DNA of 64,000 bases, taken from NCBI GenBank assembly GCA_902805615.1, contig CADCTQ010000208.1, forward strand, positions 3,574 to 67,573. Direction: 5' to 3'. This document shows positions 20,001-29,500 of the stretch, piece after piece. Every line of letters starts with the position of its first letter. Positions within the stretch are counted from its first letter, which is position 1. The DNA is from an uncultured Cytophagales bacterium. Its GTDB lineage: Bacteria; Bacteroidota; Bacteroidia; Cytophagales; 172606-1. The notes under the pieces were generated by a model. That model did no database searches. It was given only the letters and a program-made list of their open reading frames with translations, and was not told the DNA's origin. Position numbers and translations under genes: made by a program.

Positions 20001-23000
20001 CCGTGGGGCGCACGATGGACCGGGTGTACGACTGGACCATTACCGGCATCGTGTCCGGCGGCCGGCTCGGGATCAGCGTGACATTCAGCGACCAAATGTA
20101 TGACGCTGCGCTCATTCGCGCGTTCTGCGGGCACTACCAGGCAGCACTCGAAAGGTTGATTGCCCACTGCTGCGCGTGCAGCGAAGAAGTGCTGACCCCC
20201 AGTGACTTCGCATTCAAAGCAATAAGCACCGCGGAGTTGGCGGCGATGGGGGCGCAGTACGGCAAAATTGAGGACGTATACACCCTCTCGCCCATGCAGC
20301 AGGGGTTGTTGTTCCAGTCGTTGTTAGACAAAACCTCCGGGGCCTATTTCAACCAGATGTGGTTTGATGCGGCGGGCGAGATAGACATTGCGCTGGTGGA
20401 AGAAAGCCTCAATACCCTGACCAACCGGCACCCGGCACTCCGGACGGCGTTTTACCGGGGTGCGTCGGAGCACCTCCAACTCGTTTTAAAGCACCGGCAA
20501 ACCGAATTCAGGTACGAAGACATCCGGCATTTGGAGGATTGGGAAACCAAACAGGCCTACATGGAAGCGTCGCGGGCAGGGGACAGGGAACGGGCTTTCG
20601 ACCTGAGCAAAGACCCGCTCATGCGCATGGCGGTTTTCCGGTGGGATGACACGGCTTACCGGTACCTGTGGAGCCATCACCACATCCTGATGGACGGCTG
20701 GTGCGTGGGAATCCTGGTATCCGAGTACATGACTATATACGAAGGCTTGTTTCACCGGAAACCGGTTCATTTGCCGCCGTCCACCGCATACCGGGCATAC
20801 ATTGAATGGCTCAGCCGGCTCGACACGGCCCGGTCGTTGCGCTACTGGTCGGCGTACCTGAAGGAGTATCACGAACTGGCCGCCGTGCCTGCCGTACGCG
20901 ACCACGCGCAAACCCGGGAAAAGTACCACCCGGAAACGATCACGTTTCAGCTGAGTGCCGCAGAGACGGCCGCGCTGGGTGCCCTGGTAGGCAAATACCA
21001 GGTTACGTTGAACACAATCGTGCAAACGATCTGGGGTTGCCTGTTGGGAAAATACAATGGCCGCAAAGACGTGGTATTCGGCGCGGTTGTTTCGGGCCGC
21101 CCCGCCGCCATTCAGGGGATTGAAAAAATGATCGGCCTGTTTATCAATACGATTCCCGTCCGGATTTCCTGGACGGCCGAAACGACGTTCGAGGCGTTGA
21201 TCAAACAGGTCCAAGCGGCCAACCTTGCAGCGGAGCCCCACCATTACTGTTCCCTGGCAGACATACAGGCCCAAAGCGAATTGAAGCAAAATCTGCTCGA
21301 TCACCTCCTCGTGTTTGAGAACTACCCCGAAGAAAGCAATGTCAACCGGGACCGGTCCGGCGCTTTGTTCGAGGTGTCCAACGTGCACGTGCACGAGCAA
21401 ACAAATTATCACTTCAACCTGCTGGTTGCCACGGGCGAAGCACTAACAATCAAATTCATGTTCAACAACCGCGTTTACGACCCCCGGTTTGTCGGCAGGA
21501 TGGCCGGCCATTTCAGGCGGTTCGTCGAACACGTGGTGGGGCATCCGCAGGTCCGCATCGACGCCGCAGACGTGCTCCCGCCCGCCGAAAGGGAGGCCCT
21601 GTTGAACGGGCAGTACGTTCCGGGCACCTGGCCGGGCAAGCAGAGCGTTGCCGAGCTGTTCAGCGAACAGGCGGTAAAGTGCCCCGGCGGCATTGCGGTC
21701 GTAAGCGAAGACACCGTGCTTACGTACGGGGAACTGGACCGCCAAACCGATCAGTTGGCCCGGTACCTGCAAACCGAATTCCGGGTGCAGCCCAACGACC
21801 TGGTAGGCGTGCTTGTGGACCGGTCGCCGCTGATGATCGTGGCCCTGCTGGGGGTCCTCAAATCGGGGGCGGCCTACGTGCCGGTCGACCCCCAGTACCC
21901 CAGAGACCGAATTGACTATATCCTGTCCGACAGCAATCCCAGGTTGGTTGTCACGCAGGATAAATTTTGCAACCTCGTTGGCAGCAGAACTTTCGTGCGC
22001 ATCGAAGACATCCCGGGCCGGGATGCGGGGCCTGCCCGGGCCGCCGGCCGCCCGGCCGCCGAATCGGTTGCCTACGTGATTTATACTTCCGGCTCTTCCG
22101 GGCGGCCGAAAGGCGTGGTGCTCACGCATGCGAACGTAACGGCTTTCGTGGGGTGGGCGCAGGAAGAATTCCGGCATTCGCAGTTTGACGTGGTATACGC
22201 GACTACCTCTTACTGCTTCGACCTGTCCATCTTCGAGATTTTCTACACCCTGAGCGTTGGCAAACGAATCAGAATGCTCCCTTCCGGGCTTTACATCCAG
22301 GCATTTCTGGACCAGGACCGGCGGGTCCTCATCAACACGGTGCCTTCCGTGGTGGAAGAGCTGGTGGGTTCCGGGGCGGACCTGCGCAACGTCTCGGTGT
22401 TGAATATGGCCGGGGAAGTCATTCCCCGCAGCCTCATCAAAAAGATTGACTGTAGTGCGATGGAAGTCAGGAACCTGTACGGCCCGTCGGAGGACACCAC
22501 CTACAGCAGTTGTTACAGGATCAGGAGCGGCGATGCGGACATTCCGGTTGGAAAACCAATTGGGCAGACCCGGTTTTACGTGGTAAGCGAAGACCTCGCG
22601 TTGCTTCCTCAAGGCGTGCCGGGAGAAATCTGCATTACCGGGGCGGGGCTGGCGGCCGGATACCTCAACCAGGCGGAACTCACCGCCTCGAAGTTCATTG
22701 AGAGTCCCTTCCGGGCGGGAGAAAAACTGTACCGAACCGGCGACATCGGGTACTGGATGGCGGACGGAAACCTGATGTACGTGGGGCGTAAAGACAACCA
22801 GGTAAAGCTGCGGGGCTACCGGATTGAACTGGGAGAGGTTGAGGCCGCCCTGATGAAAAATAAGCTCGTAAAGAACGCCATTGTTTCCTGCAGGTTGAAC
22901 AACCGGCAGGAAAAAGTGCTGGTGGCCCACCTGGTTGCAGAGGCAGGGTTTGGGAAAGCCGAGGCCGATGCCTTTCTGCAGGCGGCGCTTCCATCCTACA

Positions 23001-23404
23001 TGATCCCCGAACAGCTTGTTTTCCTGGCGGCGTTCCCGTTGACCCCCAACGGTAAAATTGACCGCAGCGCTTTGCCGGATGCACCCCTACCGCCGGCAAG
23101 TGCCGAGGCGCAGCCAGAGGACGAAACCGAGCGGAAAATTGCCCGGATATGGGAGCAGATACTGGGGGTGCGCGGAATCGGTGCCCACGACAATTTCTTT
23201 GCCATCGGCGGGCATTCACTGAAAGCCCTGCAGGTCGTTTCGAGAATCAACAAAGAATTCGGAGTTGACCTTGAAGTCCGTACCATTTTCGAAAATCCCG
23301 GGCTGCGTAACCTCGCCCACGAACTCAAACGAGCCCTTTGGGTGCTCGAACCGGCGCAGGAAAATACGTTCAGTACAACCATGCATAACGAAATCATTTT
23401 ATGA
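13268..23404 (+). CDS. NRPS-2: dC-A-T-C-A-T-E-C(DCL)-A-T
   Basis: 3378-aa ORF. The N-terminal ~245 aa resembles only the C-terminal half of a C domain. Motifs then follow in order:
- A: YTSGSTGTPKGVRVSH
- T: LGGHSLKG
- C: HHIISDGWS
- A: YTSGSTGKPKG
- T: SGGDSIKAIQV
- E: HHLVIDGVSWRIL
- DCL-type C: YTLSPMQQGLLF, HHILMDGWC
- A: YTSGSSGRPKG
- T: IGGHSLKA
Hand-extracted codes: DAKHSGTINK (no match I know), DSELTAEVCK (no match; acidic positions 239 and 322) and DLFNNALTYK (Ala-type). Confidence 0.97.
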   Translation: MSSTGIQRQRALEYWFNKAKHLALPPAGFSPAGEKKCATLAFPAALSQKLKAVSKGDAAVELVVCMAALFVLLEKYNVRKPVVSAVNLRNQPPDPHEPLAFFSADCSGTRTAKEVVGTIQQQFGEAVRHDSYDLVLLSEMLTVNNAGSINSFYATGIGHRAFNDCSPESKSKFSLYFDIASQDEAFALTVYVSADHQLGHFAGQVGRHFMRSLQVVLTSATQVLSRFSLLDEGEVNALAAGSKRTVAGGSLHALFESQAFTFPDRPAVVDGARTLTYRQLNDRADRLAGYLQSQFAVKPGDAVGLLLDQSHWAVIGILGILKAGATYIPIDPAHPEQRIAYMLRDAAPKVLIANAVPGHADIPVVLLGRDWDKIESAGPLLHHRVPADAHRIAYVIYTSGSTGTPKGVRVSHRAVVNLVEGLVSVMGHAQDWKYVVTAALTFDASVKQIFVPLAIGAELHIPGEREDVGALVRYLRDKRIDAVHATPLFWREILEAVRHSGTKPDLKCISSGGDRLSARLANDLRRCFGEARFYNTYGPTEACINCLAHQVEGHQEGGVPIGRPLPNYEAYILNDNNEVLPPGATGELCVAGEGLAAGYLHRADLTEASFVDNPFASSGKLYKTGDLARWLPDGTVEFLGRKDNQVKIRGVRVEPGEIEAALMAHEQVRAAVVLGTARDSADNVLKAYIIRVQGGGPLDYPAYLRQLLPDYLIPAYFTEMEAFPLTASGKLDVAALPEAALTHYAAPANERELTLQRIWQKVLQRGRIGVHDNFFQLGGHSLKGVQVIAQVNQALGTQSSLRDLFTHPTIASLSTHLASFLGGEPSAIPVVPAARYHPLSNAQRRIWIAQAAGGGSVYNIPGVYELKNLDVKAFEAAFREIIERHESLRTTFAVVDGIPRQVVHPYEALDFALARIDLRYRADARAHCARLAHDEATAVFDLERGPLVRGTLIALDEATHLLLLTLHHIISDGWSMGVMANDLLTRYGSLKNGDGQPLPPLRMQYKDYTAWFEARLNAPQSGRSRSYWLKQFEGELPVLELSAGTRPPVKTLRGASLEFRLERELSEGLHTLGLHHGSTLFMTLLAVVKTLIYRYTNQKDLIIGTPVSGRLHADLENQVGFYVNTIALRTQLAGDETFEHLLRQIRATTLDAYEHQEYPFDLLVESLKLTRHPSRSPLFDVRVEVQQGTNVNLPGFGENGWREARELLSHTTESKDDLHFLFYESAEGLALIVTYNTDLFAAQYIQAMGAHFKMLARSIISDPRQPIRALAYLTEGETDELLHAFNRTQSTYPADKTVAQLFEEQVQKNPAAVAIVHKEHVLTYDELNRKANQLAHYLRNEHGVGCNTLVGVLMNRSHTLIISLLGILKAGACYLPVAVDSPEKRRSYIWSDANVDVVVTETEFMFALGEYSKAIVAVDLQLPALEVADHNPGPTNSAEDLAYIIYTSGSTGKPKGVMITQRSMVNTLTWRNRYYHFDAGVVNLQFPSYSFDSSVEDIFCVLLSGGRLVIPDERERTSVPYVAQLLKAERVTHFLITPSFYKALLAELNHQLSGLKAVTIAGEAVTTDIVEKHYQLLPGVPLVNEYGPTENAVCSSATVLEPGKAITIGKPIANVRICVLDENLALLPKGVVGEICVSGPGLARGYLNNPEMTAAKFLPSPLPGIDRIYRTGDTGRWTDNGELVFHGRNDDQVKIRGYRVEVAEVENAIREAPHVHDAFVLARKGEPRTLVAYVIAGNAGDAHALKSFLARQLPDYMIPAHFVFVASFHLTINGKIDRQALPDPEAEPSRVRTLPRNRIEECLVEIWQDVLGKQAVDVYDNFFVSGGDSIKAIQVASRMNTAGYRIEVADILRQPVIAELGPLVKVAGASADQGAVVGPVPLTPIQQWFFSTYDEHCAHYNQAVLLQTRRRLTREDTLAVFDKLLRQHDALRMVFYKKEGRWFQENKGTGTDVPLIEYDLSGHSEGSLTHFCQKVQSLLDLGEGPAIRVGLFHLAESDRLFIAVHHLVIDGVSWRILFHDLGVLYEQVLSGAPLALPPKTNSFRDWAAYLQDCRQRQLFDPEADYWQRVLRAPSGTLQRDFSGGQNTFAEEASVGFSLHAETTGQLLRESHRAYRTEINDILLAALAGALCQMWRSDQFLVWLEGHGREALASGLDVTRTVGWFTTVYPVVLEMMPDPGAQIITTKENLRRVPNKGVGYGVLKQLASAPLPEPAGPKVLFNYLGRFDEDISKSTFTIAGESAGSAVGRTMDRVYDWTITGIVSGGRLGISVTFSDQMYDAALIRAFCGHYQAALERLIAHCCACSEEVLTPSDFAFKAISTAELAAMGAQYGKIEDVYTLSPMQQGLLFQSLLDKTSGAYFNQMWFDAAGEIDIALVEESLNTLTNRHPALRTAFYRGASEHLQLVLKHRQTEFRYEDIRHLEDWETKQAYMEASRAGDRERAFDLSKDPLMRMAVFRWDDTAYRYLWSHHHILMDGWCVGILVSEYMTIYEGLFHRKPVHLPPSTAYRAYIEWLSRLDTARSLRYWSAYLKEYHELAAVPAVRDHAQTREKYHPETITFQLSAAETAALGALVGKYQVTLNTIVQTIWGCLLGKYNGRKDVVFGAVVSGRPAAIQGIEKMIGLFINTIPVRISWTAETTFEALIKQVQAANLAAEPHHYCSLADIQAQSELKQNLLDHLLVFENYPEESNVNRDRSGALFEVSNVHVHEQTNYHFNLLVATGEALTIKFMFNNRVYDPRFVGRMAGHFRRFVEHVVGHPQVRIDAADVLPPAEREALLNGQYVPGTWPGKQSVAELFSEQAVKCPGGIAVVSEDTVLTYGELDRQTDQLARYLQTEFRVQPNDLVGVLVDRSPLMIVALLGVLKSGAAYVPVDPQYPRDRIDYILSDSNPRLVVTQDKFCNLVGSRTFVRIEDIPGRDAGPARAAGRPAAESVAYVIYTSGSSGRPKGVVLTHANVTAFVGWAQEEFRHSQFDVVYATTSYCFDLSIFEIFYTLSVGKRIRMLPSGLYIQAFLDQDRRVLINTVPSVVEELVGSGADLRNVSVLNMAGEVIPRSLIKKIDCSAMEVRNLYGPSEDTTYSSCYRIRSGDADIPVGKPIGQTRFYVVSEDLALLPQGVPGEICITGAGLAAGYLNQAELTASKFIESPFRAGEKLYRTGDIGYWMADGNLMYVGRKDNQVKLRGYRIELGEVEAALMKNKLVKNAIVSCRLNNRQEKVLVAHLVAEAGFGKAEADAFLQAALPSYMIPEQLVFLAAFPLTPNGKIDRSALPDAPLPPASAEAQPEDETERKIARIWEQILGVRGIGAHDNFFAIGGHSLKALQVVSRINKEFGVDLEVRTIFENPGLRNLAHELKRALWVLEPAQENTFSTTMHNEIIL
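18890..20230 (+). other. epimerization (E) domain of NRPS-2 module 2
   Basis: Preceded by a GGDSI-type T domain. Contains PLTPIQQWFF and HHLVIDGVSWRIL (19280-19300), ends TPSDFAFKAIS, and is followed by a DCL-type C domain. Confidence 0.9.
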
Positions 23405-23570
23405 CAGAAAGTCAATTGATTGATGCGCTGATTGCGGCCGGCATCAAGGTGCAGTTGCTCAATAATGACCAGATAAAGATTACGGTTCCCGACGGTCCTT
23501 ACGACAAAGAGTTGCTGGAAAAGCTGCGGCGGCAGAAATCCGGGGTGGTCGAATACCTGAAAAAGATCGG
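23401..23570 (+). other. TubC-N-like NRPS docking domain
   Basis: MTESQLIDALIAAGIKVQLLNNDQIKITVPDGPYDKELLEKLRRQKSGVVEYLKK follows the pattern of TubC-type N-terminal docking domains (L..L...G..l......l....P.G....EL...L...K..l...L) and precedes the first C domain. Confidence 0.6.
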
Positions 23571-26500
23571 CAGAAGACGCGCCGGTGCCCGCGTGCTGGC
23601 CATCGAGGAACAGGAATACTACAAGCTGTCGAACGCCCAGCAGCGGGTGTGGCTCAAAGCCCGCCTCAGCAACCAGGAAAGCATCGTCCACAACAGCCCG
23701 TTGTCGTACAAGATAAAAGGCTTGGATAAGAACGCCTTTGCGTATGCTTTCCGGCAGTTGATCCACCGGCACGAAATCCTGCGGACGACCTTTATCACCG
23801 TAGCGGGCCAACCCAGGCAAAAGGTGCACGACAGCGCCTCCTTCTATTGCCGGATCGGGGAGGCAGACCTGCGCTGCGACCCGGATCAGGAACAGTCGCT
23901 CAACCGGTTGATGGCCCGGGAAATCAACGCGCGGTTCGACCTCGGGCAAGGGCCGCTGGTCAGGGCGACGCTGGTGCAGGTGGAGGACGACGAGCACGTG
24001 TTCCTGCTGGTCATGCACCACATCGTTATGGACGGGTGGTCTCTTGCCGTGATCGTGAACGAATTGCTGGCGCTGTACCAGGCGTATTGCCTGCAACGCG
24101 AGGACCCGCTGCCGCAACTGCAACTTCAGTACAAGGACTTCGTGCATTGGCAGCACAGGGCCATTACGCAGGAGGACGAAGCGTACTGGCTCGGTGAGAT
24201 CACCGGCGACGTGCCCAGGCTGGCGCTGCCGTCTGATTTTCCGCGGGGCAACCCGAGCAAGTTCAACGGCGGTCAGGTAAGGGTTTTGGTGCCGGCCCGG
24301 CAGGTGGGAACCCTCCGAACGTTTGCCACGGCGCGCAGCACGTCCCTGTCAACCGTTGTGTACTCGGTGTTCAGCATTTTACTGGCGCGCCTGAGCAATC
24401 AACCCCAATTCCTGGTTGGCGTCGCCAACGCCAATCGGAACCACCTTGACCTTGAACACCTGGTAGGTTTTTTCGTCAATACCCTGCTCATCAGGAACAC
24501 CATCGATGAGTCCTGCTCGTTCGAAGCGTACGTGGACCAGGTAACGCAACGGATGCTCAACGCGTTGCAACACCAGAATTACCCCGTTGACTTGCTGGTG
24601 GAGAAACTGAATCCCGAGCGAACCGCCGATCACCAGTCTTTTTTCAACGTCGTTTTCAGCTTCCAGAATTTTGGCGACCTGCGCCTGCCGGCAGGAAACG
24701 CGAACGACACCGCGGCGACCCTCCGGATCGAGGCGTTCCGGAATGATTTCGATTCGATGGAATTCGACCTGGTCTTTACCGTCATGGAATCCGACGGCGG
24801 CCTTTGGGTAAGCTTGCGCTACGACAAAGACGCTTTTTCCGCCGCATCGGTGGAACGGTGGGCGGGCATGTTTATGAAACTGGTTGCGCAGGTGTGCGAC
24901 AGCATGCCCGCCGGACGGCTCCGCCTGGCCGATTTGTCCGTGCTGGCGCCGGACGAGCATGAGCGGCTGGTCAACGCCTTCAACGACAACCGGACGGCGT
25001 ATCCCCGTACCGCAACCGTTCCGGGCCTTTTTCGCGAAGTCGTTGCAAAACACGGGGACAAACCCGCACTTCAATACCGGGGAAAGGTCTGCACCTACCA
25101 GGAACTGGAAGACCGGTCGAACCAGGTAGCCAATCTCCTGCACCAGCACCAGGTACAGACCGAAGACCGCGTTCTCCTGTTGATGGACCCCTCCGACGAG
25201 GCCATTGCCATCCTGCTGGGCATTCTCAAGGCTGGGGGGGCCTACGTTTTCATCAATCCGGATTACCCGGTCCGGAGAATCAACTACATCGCCGAAGACA
25301 CGGGCGCAAGGATCATTTTTTCCGAAAAGAAATACCTGCCCCTGATCGGGGAAATGCAGAAAAGCGGCAATGCTCCCGGCACCGTAGTGTACGTTGACGA
25401 TGAAGCGGACCTTGCGCACCTGAACGGCCGGGATACCCGCTACGCGCCGCCCGTGGTCACGGGCGACTGCCTCGCGTACATCACGTACACGTCGGGTTCG
25501 ACGGGTTATCCCAAGGGCGTATTGGTGGAGCATCGGGGCGTGGTCCGGCTGGTCAGGCAAACAAACTACATTGATATCCGTGACACCGACACCGTGGCCC
25601 AGACCGCGCCCATCGCTTTCGACGCGTCCACGTTCGAGATCTGGGGGGCGCTGCTTAACGGCGCCAAGTTGCACTTGCTCGACCCGCATGCGCTGCTGAA
25701 TGCGAAGCTCCTGCGAAGTTTCATGCGCGACAACGGCATCACCATTTGCTGGCTGACTTCCTCCCTGTTCAACCGGCTTGCCGACCTGGATGTCGAAATC
25801 TTTGCCCCGTTGCGGACTTTGCTGGTGGGCGGCGAGGCTTTGTCGGCGGCCCACGTCAACAAGGTACTCGGGGCGCACAAAGCCCTCACCCTCATCAATG
25901 GATACGGCCCCACGGAAAACACCACTTTCTCCAGTTGCTGGCCGGTTGAGCGGGAGTACGCCGCGGACATTCCCATCGGCAGGCCGGTAGCCAACAGCCA
26001 GTGCTACGTGCTCGATGACGCACGCCGGGTACAACCGATTGGCGTCGTGGGCGAGCTTTTTGTCGGGGGCGACGGCCTGGCCCGGGGCTACCTGAATGCT
26101 CCCGAGTTGACCCACGCAAAGTTTATCCGATCTCCCTTCGGGGGAGGGGAACGGTTGTACAGCACCGGCGACCAGGTGCGCTGGACGGAAGCGGGAATCC
26201 TTGAGTATAAAGGAAGGCGTGACCAGCAGGTGAAGATACGCGGATTCCGCATCGAGTTGAAAGAGGTCGAAGCGGTGATCAAACGCATCCCCGGCGTACG
26301 GGAGGCCGTCGTGGTGGAAGACCGGGACCAGGACCAGGAAAAATACCTGCAAGGCTATTTTACGTCGCCGGAGCACCTTTCGCCGAACGACGTCAGGAAA
26401 CAGATTGCCGGGTTCCTGCCGGCGTACATGGTGCCGGCGCAAATGCTCCAGGTCGATGCCATTCCGTTGCTGCCCAACGGCAAGGCAGACCACCGGGCAC

Positions 26501-29500
26501 TGCGAAACCTCAGGTTGCAGCTTAAATACGACCTGGCCGGCGACATTCAATTAAGCAGCACCGAAACAACCCTCCGGGCCATTTGGGAAAATATGCTGGA
26601 CCGGAAGAACATCCGGCCGGAAGATGACTTTTTCGAACTGGGCGGCCACAGCCTCAAAGCCGTCATGGTCGCCGCCTTGGTCTCGAAAGAGCTGGGAATC
26701 GACGTCGACATGAGTGCCCTCTTTAAGCATACGACCATTCGCGCCCTGGGCCGCGCCCTGGATGCGCAAATTCCGCAGAGGGGCCACGAAGCGATTCCCG
26801 GCATTGAAGAACAAGCCCACTACCCGCTTTCCCACGCGCAAAAAAGACTGTGGGTGCTCGAGCACGCCGGTACCGGCACGAGTGCTTACAACATGGGGTT
26901 TGCCTTCCTGCTGCGGGGGGCGGACTACGCCGTACTGGCCGGTGCCTTGCAGCGGGTGGTTGCCAGGCACGAAATCCTGCGGACGGTATTCAAAGTCATT
27001 GACGGCGAACCCCGGCAACGCGTGCTGCCACCGGATGTGCCGTTCCGGGTGCCTTGCGTTGATCTCGGGCACCTTGCCGATGGGATATCGTTGGCGAGGG
27101 AATCCGTTAAACGGGATGCGGACACCTTGTTCGACCTGGAAAACGGCCCGCTGCTGAGGGCGAAGCTTATCCGGGTGGATGACCACGCGCACGTCCTGTT
27201 CCTGGGGATGCACCACATCATTGCCGATGGCTGGTCAATGGATGTGCTCTTCAAGGAAATTGCCTCCTCCTACAATGCCATCCTGACGGGCGAGCCCTTG
27301 ACGCTGGACCCGCTCGCGGTGCAGTACAAAGATTTTACAGTGTGGCAGAACAAGCAACTCAGCGACGATCACTTCAGTGCGCACCGGCAGTACTGGCTCG
27401 ACACTTTCCGGGGCGACATTCCCGTACTGCCCTTGACCACCGACCGCCCGAGGCCCGCGCGGCAAACCTACCACGGCGACAAAGTAAGCATTGACCTCGA
27501 ACCGGCCCTGTGCGATCAGCTGAAAGCCATGGGGGTGGAGCGTTCGGCCAGTCTGTTCATGCTGCTGCTGGCGTCGGTGAAAACGTTTTTGCTGCGTTAT
27601 ACGGGGCAGGAAGACATCGTAGTGGGTACGGTTACCGCCGGCCGCAGCCACGTGGGGCTTAACAACCAGATTGGGTATTATCTAAACACGCTGCCCCTGC
27701 GCACGCGGTTGTCCGGCCGGGATACGTTCCTGGACGCCGTTGGCAAAGTCAGAAAGGCAACCCTCGACGCATTCAACCACGAAGGGTATCCTTTCGACAA
27801 ACTGGTGAGGGAGCTTGCATTGGACCGGGATCCCGGCCGGTTTCCGTTATTCGACGTGCTGGTAGCCCTGCAGAACGCCCCGGACGCGTCGGCCAGTTAC
27901 CCGATGCACAACGTACAGGTGTCGGCTTTCGATTTCGGCGCCACGCAGCACAGTAAGTTTGACCTCTCATTCATCTTTTCGGAGCAGGGGCCTGCGGTCA
28001 CCTGTGCGGTGGAATACAATACCGATCTTTTCGACCCGAACCGAATCGAGCGGCTGGCCCGCCACTACTTGCAGTTTCTGCGGGCAGTGCTGGCGTCGCC
28101 CGAAGCTGCCGTTGCGGCCCTGGCTTACACCACCGGAACCGAGCGCCGCCAGTTGGTGCAGCAGTTTTGCGGGGGAGAGGCTGTCGCCGTACCAAATTCT
28201 TTCATCGAAACCTTCGAGCAACGGGTTGCCGCCCACCCGCAGCGGGCCGCGATCCGGTACCAGGACCGCTCCATCAGCTACGAAGCATTGAACGCGGCGG
28301 CCAATAAAGTTGCCAACCATTTCCGGCAACAGTACGGGATCAGGCCCGACGATCTGGTCGGCGTGATGGTAGAACGGTCGCCCGAACTAATCATCGCGTT
28401 GCTGGCAATCCTGAAGTGCCGGGCGGCCTTCGTCGCCCTGGAGACAGCGTTTCCCAGGAAAAGAATGGAATATATGCTGTCGGATACCGGCATCGGCTTA
28501 CTGGTAACCGGTTCTGACAACCTGTTCAATCTCGACTTTTTCCAGGGCAACCTCTTCTGCATCGACCTGGAGCTGCCGCAGTTGGCGTCGTCGGCCGAAA
28601 ACCCCGCGGCCGATCAGACGGAAAATCCGCTGGCTTACGTCCTGTATACTTCCGGCACTACCGGCACCCCCAAGGGCGTGCAAATCGGCGCGGCCAGCCT
28701 GATGAATTACTTACAGTGGGCAAACAAACGCTACCTGGGTGACCTCGATAAGGCAGTGTTCGCCGTGTTTTCGCCGGTAACTTTTGACCTGACGCTTACC
28801 AGCATCTTTGCGCCGTTGGCCGGCGGGCATACCTTGAGGATATTCCCCCACCATTTGCCGGTGAACGAAGTCCTGTCAGAAGTGTTCGGCCACGGGAGTG
28901 ATGTTGCCGTGGTGAAGCTGACGCCCTCCCACCTCGACCTGCTGAACCTGTTAGACCTGCCCGAAACGGACGTGAAGAACGTGATCGTCGGCGGGGAAGC
29001 CCTGCTCGACCGGCACGTACAAACCCTGCGAAAGCTGAATCCTTCCGTCAAGATCTTTAACGAATACGGACCCACCGAGACCACCATCGGCTGCACCGTA
29101 GCCGAAGTGCTCGGGCAAATCCACATTGGCCGCCCCATCGACAACACCAACATTTACATCCTGGATGCGGACCTGCAACTGGCGGCCGTGGGCGTGCCCG
29201 GAGAGATTTGCATCGGCGGCGCCGCGGTCGGCGAGGGGTACTTGAACCGGGCCGAACTGACTCAGCAAAAGTTCATTGCCTACGCGGGGGAAGACGGCCG
29301 CACCGACCGGCTCTACCGGTCAGGCGACATGGGATACTGGACGCCCGGTGGCGACATCCGGTTGATGGGCCGGAAGGATGCGCAGGTAAAAGTGCGCGGA
29401 TTCAGGATAGAAACCGCTGAGGTGGAGCGCGTGCTGGTGAATCACCCGGCGGTAGCCCTGGCGCACGTGTACGTTACAAAGGACGCAACCCGCGAGCCGC

